Shown piece by piece: positions 39,401-51,400 of a stretch of 64,000 nucleotides of DNA. The notes under the pieces were generated by a model. It was not told where the DNA came from. It saw only the letters and a program-made list of their open reading frames with translations, and ran no database searches. The first letter of the stretch is position 1. Each line of letters starts with the position of its first letter. The stretch covers positions 1,645,851 through 1,709,850 of the forward strand of contig JAHRHZ010000095.1 in the NCBI GenBank assembly GCA_024137785.1. The letters run 5' to 3'. Source of the DNA: Ginglymostoma cirratum (lineage: Eukaryota). A program made the position numbers and the translations under genes.

Positions 39401-42400
39401 ACTGTGACTACTTACCTTCTTTCACCCTCTCACTTCTTATCCATTTCAGGTCTATGGAGTTGAAAGAAAAAATGATTTCCTTTATGATCCACCAGTTAAA
39501 TTTATTATGCTTTACCCTTTCAAATTCACATTAGGTTTGAAGTTATTTCCTTAAATTTTGAAACTTTTGTCTTTATGCTTCAGGAACTAACTCAAAAAAC
39601 CCAGAATTGCCTTTAATACAGCATCATAATCCAAAAGAATTCCTGTGACAGTGATGCATAAATTTATAACAAATTTATCCTCTAACATTTGGCAAAATCA
39701 AAATACTAATTACTAGAAGGCAAATTTAAAATATACCAACTTTAAATTCAAAAGCACATACATAGGACAGACAGACACAAAAGTTATCTTAGAAATATTG
39801 TGTGGTAAATGTAGGCAAAAACGACACTGTCTACAGATCAAAGTCCAAACCAAAAGGGGTGGAATGAGTAGAGTTTCTTCACAGTTCGTTTTTGAATTGC
39901 AGCTAGTTGTTGTTAACTGCGGCTGGCTTCAATTTGGTAGTCGGTCAGTTAGATTTAGATCTTGGCTGAAATTGGAAGTTGTTTTTCTTTTTGTGAGGAC
40001 AATTTTATTTCTTTTCCAACTGAAAAGAGAGCGTAAAAGAAGGATCTAACATGCGTTCAAGCTTTATGGAAGTCTCTGTTCCAATTGCACCTCAGGCCTA
40101 TGACAAGCTGTACTTTATCCAAATCCTGTTGCTGGATTGCTTTTTGAAAGATGCATGATGCCATTGCGTCTCAAAAGTATCAAAATCCAGCCTCCAACAC
40201 CAAAAAAGTTAAATGTTATTGTGTAACCATTAAATGTCTACACAGTTGCACTTTTGAGTTATGAGGTAAAACTGACTCATTCATTCTCTACAACAGAGTA
40301 GTCCAAATTTCTGTTTTCCAGTTCATATTTCCAAACAAAATATCTGTGGTCATTAGAGCTTAACCTGACTTACTTAGAGCTCAATTTCTGAATAGACTCA
40401 ATGCTTGTTAGGAACAGCTCCAAGTATATTATTGTAAATACCAGGGTAAATTCAAGTCAGGATGCCCAAGTTTACATGTTTATGGGTAATGAAACACCGT
40501 CAGCAAGAGTTCCAATGGAATAGTAGCAATATTTTTTAAAAAGTATTCTCTGACGGTTTTTGACATCATTGGCAAGGCCAGCATTTGTTGCCTGTCCCTA
40601 ATCATTCATGAACTGAGCTGCACACAAGACCATTTCAGACAGCTCTTAAGAGTCAACCACATGGCTGTGGATCTAGAGCCACATGTAGACCAGACTGAAT
40701 GAGGATGACAGATTCCCTAAAAAGACATTAGTGACCAGAAATAACAGCCGATGATAATCTCATGGCCGCCAATGCTGAGATTACCTTTCATTTCTGGATT
40801 TTATTAATTGAATTTAAATTCCACCAGTTGCCATAGTAAAATTTGAACCTATACCTCAAAGCATTAGCATAGATCTCCAGATTACTGGATGAGTGCTATT
40901 ACTACCACCATCATCAGAAGATATAATTTAAGATTTTACTTCCAGCATAAATTGGTACCCAGAACATCTGATGCCATTCTAATCCTCAATAACAACAAAC
41001 ACTTTAGTATTCACTGCTGCTTGTATCAGAAGATCAGAGTCCATTTTTCTTCTTGTCAGGGAGTCAAAAGTTAGAGGCAATAACCATAAAACAGTGGCCA
41101 ATAAATCCAATAGAGAATTCAGAATATGACCTTTTACCCAAGGAGTGACTAGAATGTGGAACTGCCCCATACAATTATTTGTTGAATCAATTAACATGCA
41201 TGGATTTAAGGTAAAAATAGATAAAACAAAACACACGGGAGAAAATCAAGAATACCTTTACATGGTATAATTAAGCGCAAGCTTTTTAGACATACAGTAT
41301 ATTCACCGGTCTCTGCTTGTACAGAGAATGTTCTCATGTATGGGACATGTTCGCTATGCAGAATGGCTATATGACAATTGACTGATTTTAGGGCAGGTGA
41401 ACAACCAAAGTAATAGCAGTACTACCACTTTTAGTAAGATGTTTAGGTAGGTTGTACAGGTCAGGAGAGAATATCAAGAAGAATGTCAGGACCTTGATTT
41501 GGAAGCTATTATTGAATGTTTCTTCTTCAGCTGTAGGACCTATACACACATACTATGAGTAAGATAAGGAAGCAGATTCTAATCCATCACAACTAGAATG
41601 GAGTTCTATCCCAGTTGAGCCACACCACCCATTCAGCAAACTAATCTAACTGGTTCCTCATGATGTCCATGCACTTTCCATGCATGCTGTAGATCAGAAC
41701 AAAGAATGAAGATGGTAGAGTCTGTCATTTTCTTTTTATCACATATCTGACCAAGAATCTCACTCACTCTTATTGCCTGTCATTGGCAGGTTTGGAATGA
41801 TTGGAAGGTTTACAGGTTGATAGTATGAATGTAGCTTCCTTGGCCATCAATCCTACAGTAGGACTTGAACTCAGAGCCCAGTGAACAGCAGGAACACTAC
41901 CCACTATGCCACGATTCCTCCCATCTATTCAATATATTCATATAAGGTTTTTTTTTAAATCTGTTTGGTAATTAAATGTAAACCAAGCTCAGCACACTTC
42001 TTGAAACATTTGAGAACATCGACCTAATTCTAATGTGTTAATTAAACTTGACAAGAACTGTCTGAATTTGGAAAGAAATGCTTCATCACAAAGTTGATAT
42101 TCACCCAATGGAATTCAGGTTAACATCAGTTCAACTTGGACAATTCATTTTAATGAGCAAGATTTCAGAGAATCTATTTTTCAGGAATGTTGTGTTGCTG
42201 TAATCTTCAGAATGCTTCTTGTTATGCATATATGAGGACACTGTAGCTGTAACTGTATCAAAACTTACTGATTTTTCTGTCACTGCAGGTGCAGCTGCTC
42301 CATCTAAAGCTGCTAAATATCAAGGTAAGTCCACCATCTGCTAACAGATTCGCTGGTCTAAATAATTGTCAAATCATTATTTTTGAGGATTAAAAAAAGT

Positions 42401-45400
42401 TTATTGTAAAAGAGAGAGGAATTTTCCTGATCCATGTTATAACTAAATGAGAAGCATTTTAATGTTGCTAACCTATACTCTGAAAAATCATGCAACATCA
42501 CATTGGCAGGATTATCCAGCACAACCACTAATATGAGACAGAAAATAATATCGGCATTCAATAATGGGATGTGAACTTTTACCAATGCTGATTTTTTTTT
42601 CCAAAACTGCCATTGACGGAGAGCAGTTTCTAAATACACAGTTAAATGATTTTAGTGAATGCTAATGTTGGCAAGAACACCAGAATGCCTCATTCTAGTT
42701 TGGGTAGTATCATCAGACCGTTTCTTTTTATCCATATAAACAGGTAGATTGGCATCTATTGTCTCATCCAAAATATGGCACCTCTGACAAAGCAATGCTT
42801 TCTCCCTCTGACATTGAAGAATAATAGTTAGGGACAATAACATTTTAACTTAACTTCTGAAATCAATGTCTGGATATATAAACAGGATTTCGAATTTGCT
42901 TTTTTTCCACCATTGGCAATAATTAGCTGAAAAAATCTATAAGGTCGCATTGCTTTATGTAAAGCCTTTCACTATTTCTAATTATTAAATTCATTCTATC
43001 TGATTTAGGCCTTGGAGTGGGTGTGCGGCCTGGTGTTGGAGTAGGAGTCCAGCCTGGCGCAGGAGTTGGCCAGCCTGGCATCGGAGTGGGTAATTTACTG
43101 TTTCTTCAGATACATTTTCTTCTATTATACTTTTCATAAAGTGTGTAAATCAGTCTTATACCATTTCTGTGCAAATGGAGGTACCCGATACAAGACAAAA
43201 TTAATTTCTGAAGCAAAAGAAAAGAACTGCGCATTGATGCTTTCATCACTGATGCAGTGTGGAAATGTTCATGCCTTGCCACTCATAAGTCTGTTAAAAG
43301 AACATGTACATGTTCTGAGTAGCTGAGGTTTTCCACTCCCATTTTACTATCCTGGCATATTCCTTTCTGCTAAAATTGTTTGGACAACATCATGCATTGT
43401 TGATTGTAAAAATAAAACGGGCTTCATGACTGCATCAGAAAGTACAAGTCTTCTGCAATCCATTGAAATGGTCTTGTTAATCCCCAAATGTCTCTTGAAT
43501 GAAGAATATTTGCATTTTTTGATTTGACTCACTTCAATCAAAACATTCCCACTTGCAGGATCTAGGCTGATTATCGTCCATTAAAAGACCAAAATTTGGA
43601 TTTTGTCTTGTGTCTGGAGGATAGCCCATAGTGATTTATGAGAAACTTGATAAACATGATATATTCAAGTGCAAATAAGTTGGATGTGAATATAGGTGAC
43701 ATGGTTAGTAAGTTTGCAGATGACACCAAAGGCCGACGAGTGGCAGATGAAGTTTGATTTAGATAAACGTGAGGTTTGCATTTTGGTAAGGCAAATCAGA
43801 GCAGGACTTACACATTTAATGATAGAGCCCTAGGGAGAGTTGCCTAACGAGACCTAGGAATGCAGGTGCATAGTTCCTTGAAAGTGGAGTCATAGGTAGA
43901 CAGGGTGATGAAGAAGCAGTTTGCACGCTTGCCTTCATTGGTAAGTGCATTGAGTATAGGAGTTAGAATGTCATGTTGCGGCTATACAGGACATTGGTGA
44001 GACCACTTTTAGAATACTGCATACACTTGTGGTTGCCCATCTAAAGGAAAGATGTTGTTAAACTTGAGAGGGTTCAGAAAGGATTTACAAGGATGTTGCC
44101 AGGACAGGAGGGTTTGAGTTATTGGGACAAGCTAAACAACTGGGGCTTTTCTCCCTGGAGCATCTGAGGCTGAGGGGTAATAATATATAGATTTATAAAA
44201 TCATGAGGGACATGGATAGAGTGAATAACCAAGGTCCTTTTCCCCTAGGTGGTGAAGTCCAAAACTACAGGGCATAACGTTTACAGTGAGAGGGCAAAGA
44301 TTTTAAAAGGACCTTAGGGATAACATTTTCATGCAGAGGGTGGTGAATGTATGAAACAAACTGCTCAAGAAAGTGGTGGGGTACAATTACAACATTTAAA
44401 AGGCATCTGGGTGGGTATATGAATAGGAAGGGTTTGAAGGAATATGAGCCAAATGCTGGCAAATGAGACTAGGTCAGATTGGGATATCTGGTCAGTGTGG
44501 ACGAGTTGGTCCGAAGGGCCTGTTTCCGTGCTGTATGCCTCTATGACCCTATACTTGTACTTATATAGGAAGTTCCCCAAGAGGCTTTAGAGTTTTCAGA
44601 TTCAACTTAAGTTGTTCACTTAAGACTGATAGCTTCCCATTTAGTTCTTTTTCAGTGTTGTAATCTTCTGTTTGAATCTTTTATGATTGGAGGCATTACA
44701 AATGTCAGATTTGTGTTTGCCTACGATTAGTTCAGATGTCCTCAGCGCAATTTGAGCAAAACAATGCCATTACCATTGCACATATCCACACATTACGGTT
44801 TCCAAATAATTAATTTACTTGGCGGTTCGAGTGCGCAGAGTTGGTAGTGATATGGCAGTTAGCTGTATCATCATGGGGTGAGGCTTCATCAGAAGATAGA
44901 TGAGCATTTTCAACAAAATGGTCAGCATTATCGGGAAGGAGTGGTGAGTTATGTCAGCAAGGTGAGCTGTGAGGAAGGGCCGTGAGGAGGCTGGTGTATA
45001 ATGTGGTTTCAGTTGGAGATGCAGTGCTTTGATACTCCACTCTATTTACTTTGAGGTGCACTTCTGATCAGGCTTTATGCTGCAAAATCAGTGTAAAACC
45101 AGGGTGAGTATAAGGAACCCTGTCCAGGTCTGCATGTTTTTAGGCTCTGGGGAGGCTCGCACTAAGGCCTTCCAGCTGCCCACAAAGCCATTCCTAGAAT
45201 GGAAGCCCCTAGTTCCAATGTAAAGTGGTTCCCTGAAACATCTGATCAGATTGAGACCGTCTATCTCAGTGATCATCTTTTCATTCGCTAATGATGGGGT
45301 TTGGAAGATCTGGACAATTTTTTGGGCAGTCCAAAGTTGTAGACCATAAATCTAAAAGTGACACCAATTACACTAAGAATAGTTAAAATATGAGTAGTTG

Positions 45401-48400
45401 AGGCAATTAGCATCATGCATTTAAGGAAAAACAAACACAAAAAGCGGAAGAATATCTGGGCATATTGAAGTTAAACAAGAGTTTTAAGTGAGTTCTCGTA
45501 AATCAGGCTGTCTTATTTTGCACGATGTCAGGTAAAATCTGACAGACTTTGGGATGGATAAAAATAATGCCATTATCAGAACTTTAAATGAAATGCTTAG
45601 TCAAATTCTATGTGTTAGCAGAGAGTATCAAGAAAAGTGTAAGAAAACCTGACTTCAAAAGCTATGTTACGTTCTTCCAAAGCAGAAAACCGTTCTTACG
45701 ATATTTTATAAGGATTGAGTCAAGTTCACCACACGTCTTGGAATATTTTGAGAGTTCACAAATGTTAATTTAGTTAAAGAAATATAAGACAGACTTGCCA
45801 CAGACACACAAGAGAAACTCTTAAGTTCTTAATCACAATTTTCAGCAGTTGGACATTCACCCAATGGATTTTAGAAGTTAATATTCACATAATTTGAGCA
45901 ACTTGCATTAATAAGCATAATTTCAGAGAACTTGCTTCCCGAGAGTGCTGTGATTTTGTAATCTTCAGGAATATGTGTTATTATACCTGTATACAGACTA
46001 ACTTGCCTGGACTAATACCTTTTCTGATTTGCTCTCATTACAGGTGGAGTTGCTGCATCTAAAGCTGCTAAATATGGAGGTATATCTGACCACTACTGAC
46101 CTATACACTGGTCAACGTGGCTGTTAAGTTATTATCTTTGAGGATTGAGAAAAGCCACTTCAGTTTTAAAAAGAAAGAAATTTTCCTGCTATGTGTAATG
46201 GCTATATGTGAGAACTATTTCCAAGTTAATGACCTATTATCGCTGATTCTTGTAACATCACATTGATCAATTGGTGTTGATTAGCAGCAAGTTCATAAAT
46301 ACACAGTCAAGTCATTTTAGTGATGTTAATGTTGGCAAGAACACTAGAATGCCTCACTCTTCTTTGAATAGTGGTGTTGAACCTTTTATATCCATATAAG
46401 CAGGCATATTGACATCTATTGTCTTGTCTAAACGAGAGTACCTCTGGCAATGAAGCATTTTCTCCATCAGACATGGAAAATAATGATTAGAGAGAATAGC
46501 ATTGCATCTTAATTACTGAAATTAATGTCTGGAATTAATAAAGAATGAATTCTGTGTTCACATTACTTCATTGTTGGTCACAAATTGGCCAATAAATCCA
46601 AAGGTTGCATTAAAGTTTATAAAATGTTTTAATTACTTGTAATTTTTATTTCCTTATTATCTCAAACTAGGTCTTGGAGTAGGGGTGCAGCCTGGAGTTG
46701 GAGTGGGAGTCCAGCCTGGAGTTGGAGTGGGGGTGCAGCCTGGCGTTGGAGTGGGTGTAAAGCCTGGCGTTGGAGTGGGTGTGCAGCCTGGCGTTGGAGT
46801 GGGTGTGCAGCCTGGCGTTGGAGTGGGTGTGCAGCCTGGCATCGGAGTGGGCGTGCAGCCTGGCATCGGAGTGGGTAAATTATTGTCTTTTGAAAGACAT
46901 TTTCGTCCACTATATTCTTTTTGTAAAGTGTATAAACCTATCTGATTCCGATTCTGTGCAAATTGAGATATCAACACAAATTGAAATTAATATAAAATAT
47001 AAAATAAAAGTAACTGCAGCTGGGTACATTCAGTATGCAAAGGTTGATGGATTAAAGCTTATAAGTCTACAAAAGAACATATTCGTGTTCTGAATGGCTG
47101 AGGTTTTCCACTCTTGAATATTTCTTTCCATGAGAATGAATTGAAAGTAGAGTAATATAATTGCAATGTCAGGTATGGTGGTACTTTAGATCGCTCAATT
47201 AATAACACTGTAAGGGTACAAAAACTGGGTTTTAAGAAGAATTCTTTCATTTTCTGCAATCAATCAAAGCAGACACTTTGTCAATCCCTAAAGGTCTCTT
47301 CCGTGTAGAATATTTGTATCTGGCGATTCACTCACATTACTCAAAAATTCACATTTGCGATTAAAGAATTAAGAATTTGGATTTTGTGCTGAAGCCAATA
47401 GATCCCAAACATGGAAATAAAAGACTTCCCATATTGAGTTGATAGATCCTTGATGTCTATGATAAATTCAAGTGAAGGAAGATCCCTAAAATACTTCAGG
47501 GTTTTCAAAGTTCCTTGTTCATAGAAGATTGATAGCATTTCTTTTTTTGTGTTATGATAATCATAAGTTTGAATTAGTTAAGTTTGAATATATAAACAAA
47601 TTTAAAATTTCAGTGTTATTTTCATCCACTAGTTTCATCTTCCTACATCAGGGTGTATGCAAGACGATGCTATCCCATTTTACTCTACAATGGATATGAA
47701 TATCACTGGAATAAAGGAAGATAGGTGTACGAGCTAGCACTTTGAGGTAGCTAAAATATTCTAGATTATGGCTGATCACCTTTCCCAATAACCTGGATGT
47801 TGTTAGTACCTAGAAATCTATCAAAATCTCTGTCTTCAGTATGCTTAATGTCAAAGTTTCATCAGCCCTCTTTTGGAATAGAGATTTACCATTCTTAGTG
47901 AAGAAATTCCTTCTCATCTCAATTGCAAAGGCCTGCCCTATATGCTGATATAGTGTCTCCTGGTTGTAAACTCCTTTTCCTCCCACCCCACCACCCCACC
48001 TAAATTCCAGGGAAACATTCTTATTGCGTCCAAACTTTATTGAATTTTATCTGTTTCAGTGGGCTTATCTGTCATTTTTCTTTACTCTAGTCAATACAAG
48101 CCTATCTCCTCAATCACTTTTCTAAGGGCAGTTCTACCACTCACGTATTAATCTAGCGAACAATTGCTACAAACCCTCCATACCAATATATCCTTCCTTA
48201 CATAAGAGGGTTCTAAACTGTACACAATATTCCAAATGCAGTCTAACCAAGGGACTGTACAACTGCAACAAGACATCTTTATTCCTGTACTCAAATACTG
48301 TTGTGATAAATGCCTGTTTACTACTTGTGTTTCTAATTGCATATCACAGCTACATTTTAGCTTTCAATGACTTATGGAACAAGTACAACAAAGGTCATTG

Positions 48401-51400
48401 GACATAACACTTCGTAATTTCTCACGAGGTCTGTTGCTTTGTTCCTCCCACCAAAATGAATACATGTGTTATCTACATTATATTCCATCTTCTACATATA
48501 TTCATCTAAATTTTCCAAATTTGATGCTTCCAAAGCCATGGGATACTATCATCAAGGGCTTCACCAGAGCCATTTAAGGGAACTTTCAATATCACTGTGA
48601 TCCTCAACACCAGTGTTTTCTAGTATTGGAAGATGTAGACCAATATTTACATTTGTGGGAGAGTCCAAAATTATAGAGCATAAAAATAAAATCGTCCCTA
48701 ATGAGTCCAATAGGGAATTCAGGATTTTACCTAAAGCATGGTCAAAATGTAAATATCGATCCCATAGTAAATTGTTGCGGAAATTCATTTAAATCCATTT
48801 AAGGAAAATAAAAAGTTATAATCAGGGAAGGAGGGGTCAGATAGATACCCTGTTTTCCTACCCACATTTGACTCTAAGAGTTTTTTTTGAATAGGATAAA
48901 CTTTACAATTCATTGAGTATTTGTCTATTTATGCACTGTGATCATAAAATAAAAAGAAAGGATTTATTCCATTCTTTTAAAGGGAATTCTTTTATTATAC
49001 TTGTCCTAAGAAAAATAATGAATATGTTCCCACTATCATATTTGCTATAGTCTAATCAGTTGTTTAGTTGATAGTTTAGCAAGATCTCCCTATTTTTGTA
49101 CTCCATTCCTCTGATATAAAAGCCAACATTAATTTGCTTTCCTTGTTACTTGCTGAACTTAAATGCTAACTTTTGTGATTCATGCATGAGTGCCCCGAAG
49201 TCCCTCTGTGCTGCAGCTTTCTACAGTCTTTCTCCATTTAAATGATATTCAGGCTTTGTATTCTTCCTGTGTAGTTGCTTGATCCCACATTTATCTGATC
49301 AAACTGCCAATTTTTACCCACCGGCTAAACCTGTCTTTAGCCCTTTGTAAGTTTCATGTATCATCCTCACTACTTGGCTTCCCACCTATTTTGGTGTCAT
49401 CCATAAACTTAGCAATAGTACATTCACTTCTGTCATACAATTGTAAGTAATTGTGGCCCTAACACTAATCCCTGTGGCATTATACTAATTACAGGTTGTC
49501 ATCCTGAAAATGCCACAATCAGCCCAACTTGAGGGGGTAATTGTGGGAGATACAGGGAGGTAGTCACACCTCAGATACAGGGAAAAGGTAGATGGATTAC
49601 ACTCAGGGGACGGAAAGGGAACAGGCAGACAATGCGGGCATACCCTATGGCCATTCCCCTCAGTAACAAGTATACCATTTTGGATACTGTTGGGGGTGAC
49701 GACTTAACAGGGGTAAGCCATGGGGTACAGGTCTCTGGCACAGAGTCTGTCCTTGTTGCTCAGAAGGGAAGTGGGGAGAGGAGGAGAGATTTAGTCATTG
49801 GGGACAACATAGTTAGGGGGACAGATAGGAGATTCTGTGGGAACGAGAGAGACTTACGGTTGGTGTGTTGCCTCCCAGGTGCCAGGGTCCATGATGTCTC
49901 GGATCGTGTTTTCGGGATCCTTAAAGGAGAGGGGGAGCAGCCCCAAGTCGTGGTCCACATAGGCACCAACGACATAGGTAGGAAAAGGGATGGGGGTGTA
50001 AGGCAGAAATTCAAGGAGCTAGGGTGGAAGCTTAGAGCTAGAACAAGCAGAGTTGTTATCTCTGGTCTGTTACCCGTGCCACGTGCTAGCGAGGCGAGGA
50101 ATAGGGAGAGAGCAGTTGAACACGTGGCTACAGGGATGGTGCAGGAGGGAGGGATTCAGATACCTGGATAATTGGAGTTCATTCTGGGGTAGGTGGGACC
50201 TCTACAAAAGGGATGGTTTACACCTGAACCAGAGGGGTACCAATATCCTGGGGGGGAAATTAGCTAATGTTCTTAGGGAGGGTTTAAACTAATTCAGCAG
50301 GGAGGTGGGAACCTGAATTGTAGCTCCAGTGAACAGGAGGTTGAGAGTAGTGAGGTCATGAATAAGGTTTCAAGGTCGCAGGAGTGTACCGGCAGGCAGG
50401 AAGGTGGTTTGAAGTGTGTCTACTTCAACGCCAGGAGCATCCGGAATAAGGTGGGTGAACTTGCAGCACGGGCTGGTACCTGGGACTTCGATGTTGTGGC
50501 CATTTCGGAGACATGGATAGAGCAGGGACAGGAATGATTGTTGCAGGTTCCGGGGTTTAGATGTTTCAGTCAGATCAGGGAAGGTGTTAAAAGAGGGGGG
50601 AGGTGTGGCATTGTTAGTCAAGGACAGTATTACGGTGGCAGAAAGGACGTTTGATGAGGACTCGTCTATTGAGGTAGTATGGGCTGAGGTTAGAAACAGG
50701 AAAGGAGAGGTCACCCTGTTGGGAGTTCTGTACAGGCCTCCAAAAAGTTCCAGGGATGTAGAGGAAAGGATTGCAAAGATGATTCTGGATAGGAGCGAAA
50801 GTAACAGGGTAGTTGTTATGGGGGATTTTAACTTTCCAAATATTGAGTGGAAATGCTATAGTTCGAGTTCTTTAGATGGGTCAGTTTTTGTCCAATGTGT
50901 GCAGGAGGGTTTCCTGACACAGTATGTAGATAGGCCAACAAGAGGCGAGGCAACATTGGATTTGGTACTGGGTAATGAACCAGGCCAGGTGTTAGAATTG
51001 GAGGTCGGTGAGCACTTCAGTGATAGTGACCACAATTCGGTTACGTTTACTTTAGCGATGGAAAGGGATAGGTATATATCGCAGGGCAAGAGTTATAGCT
51101 GGGGGAAAGGCAATTATGAGGCGATTAGGCAAGATTTAGGATGCATAGGATGGGGAAGGAAACTGCCAGGGCTGGGCACAATTGAAATATGGAGCTTGTT
51201 CAAGGAAAAGCTACTGCGTGTCCTTGATAAATATGTACCTGTCAGGCAGGGAGGAAGTGGTCGAGCGAGGGAACCGTGGTTTACTGAAGAAGTTGAATCT
51301 CTTGTCAAGTGGAAGAAGGAGGCTTATGTAAAGGTGAGGCCTGAAGGCTCCGTTAGGGCGCTTGAGAGTTACAAGTTAGCCAGGAAGGGCCTAAAGAGAG

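Noticed and set aside
39450-40480. Possible LTR-like sequence (also about 55690-57000)
   Set aside because: Looks repeat-derived, but termini and protein motifs could not be established by eye.
46657-47093. ORFs with [16 protein letters not shown] and LEWVCSLA repeats
   Set aside because: Antisense and shifted-frame shadows of the 24-nt coding repeat. Only the GVGVGVQP frame fits the splice sites and exon phase.
49632-50292. Stand-alone GDSL/SGNH esterase gene
   Set aside because: It is the frameshifted ORF1 of a CR1 element, directly upstream of the endonuclease and RT.
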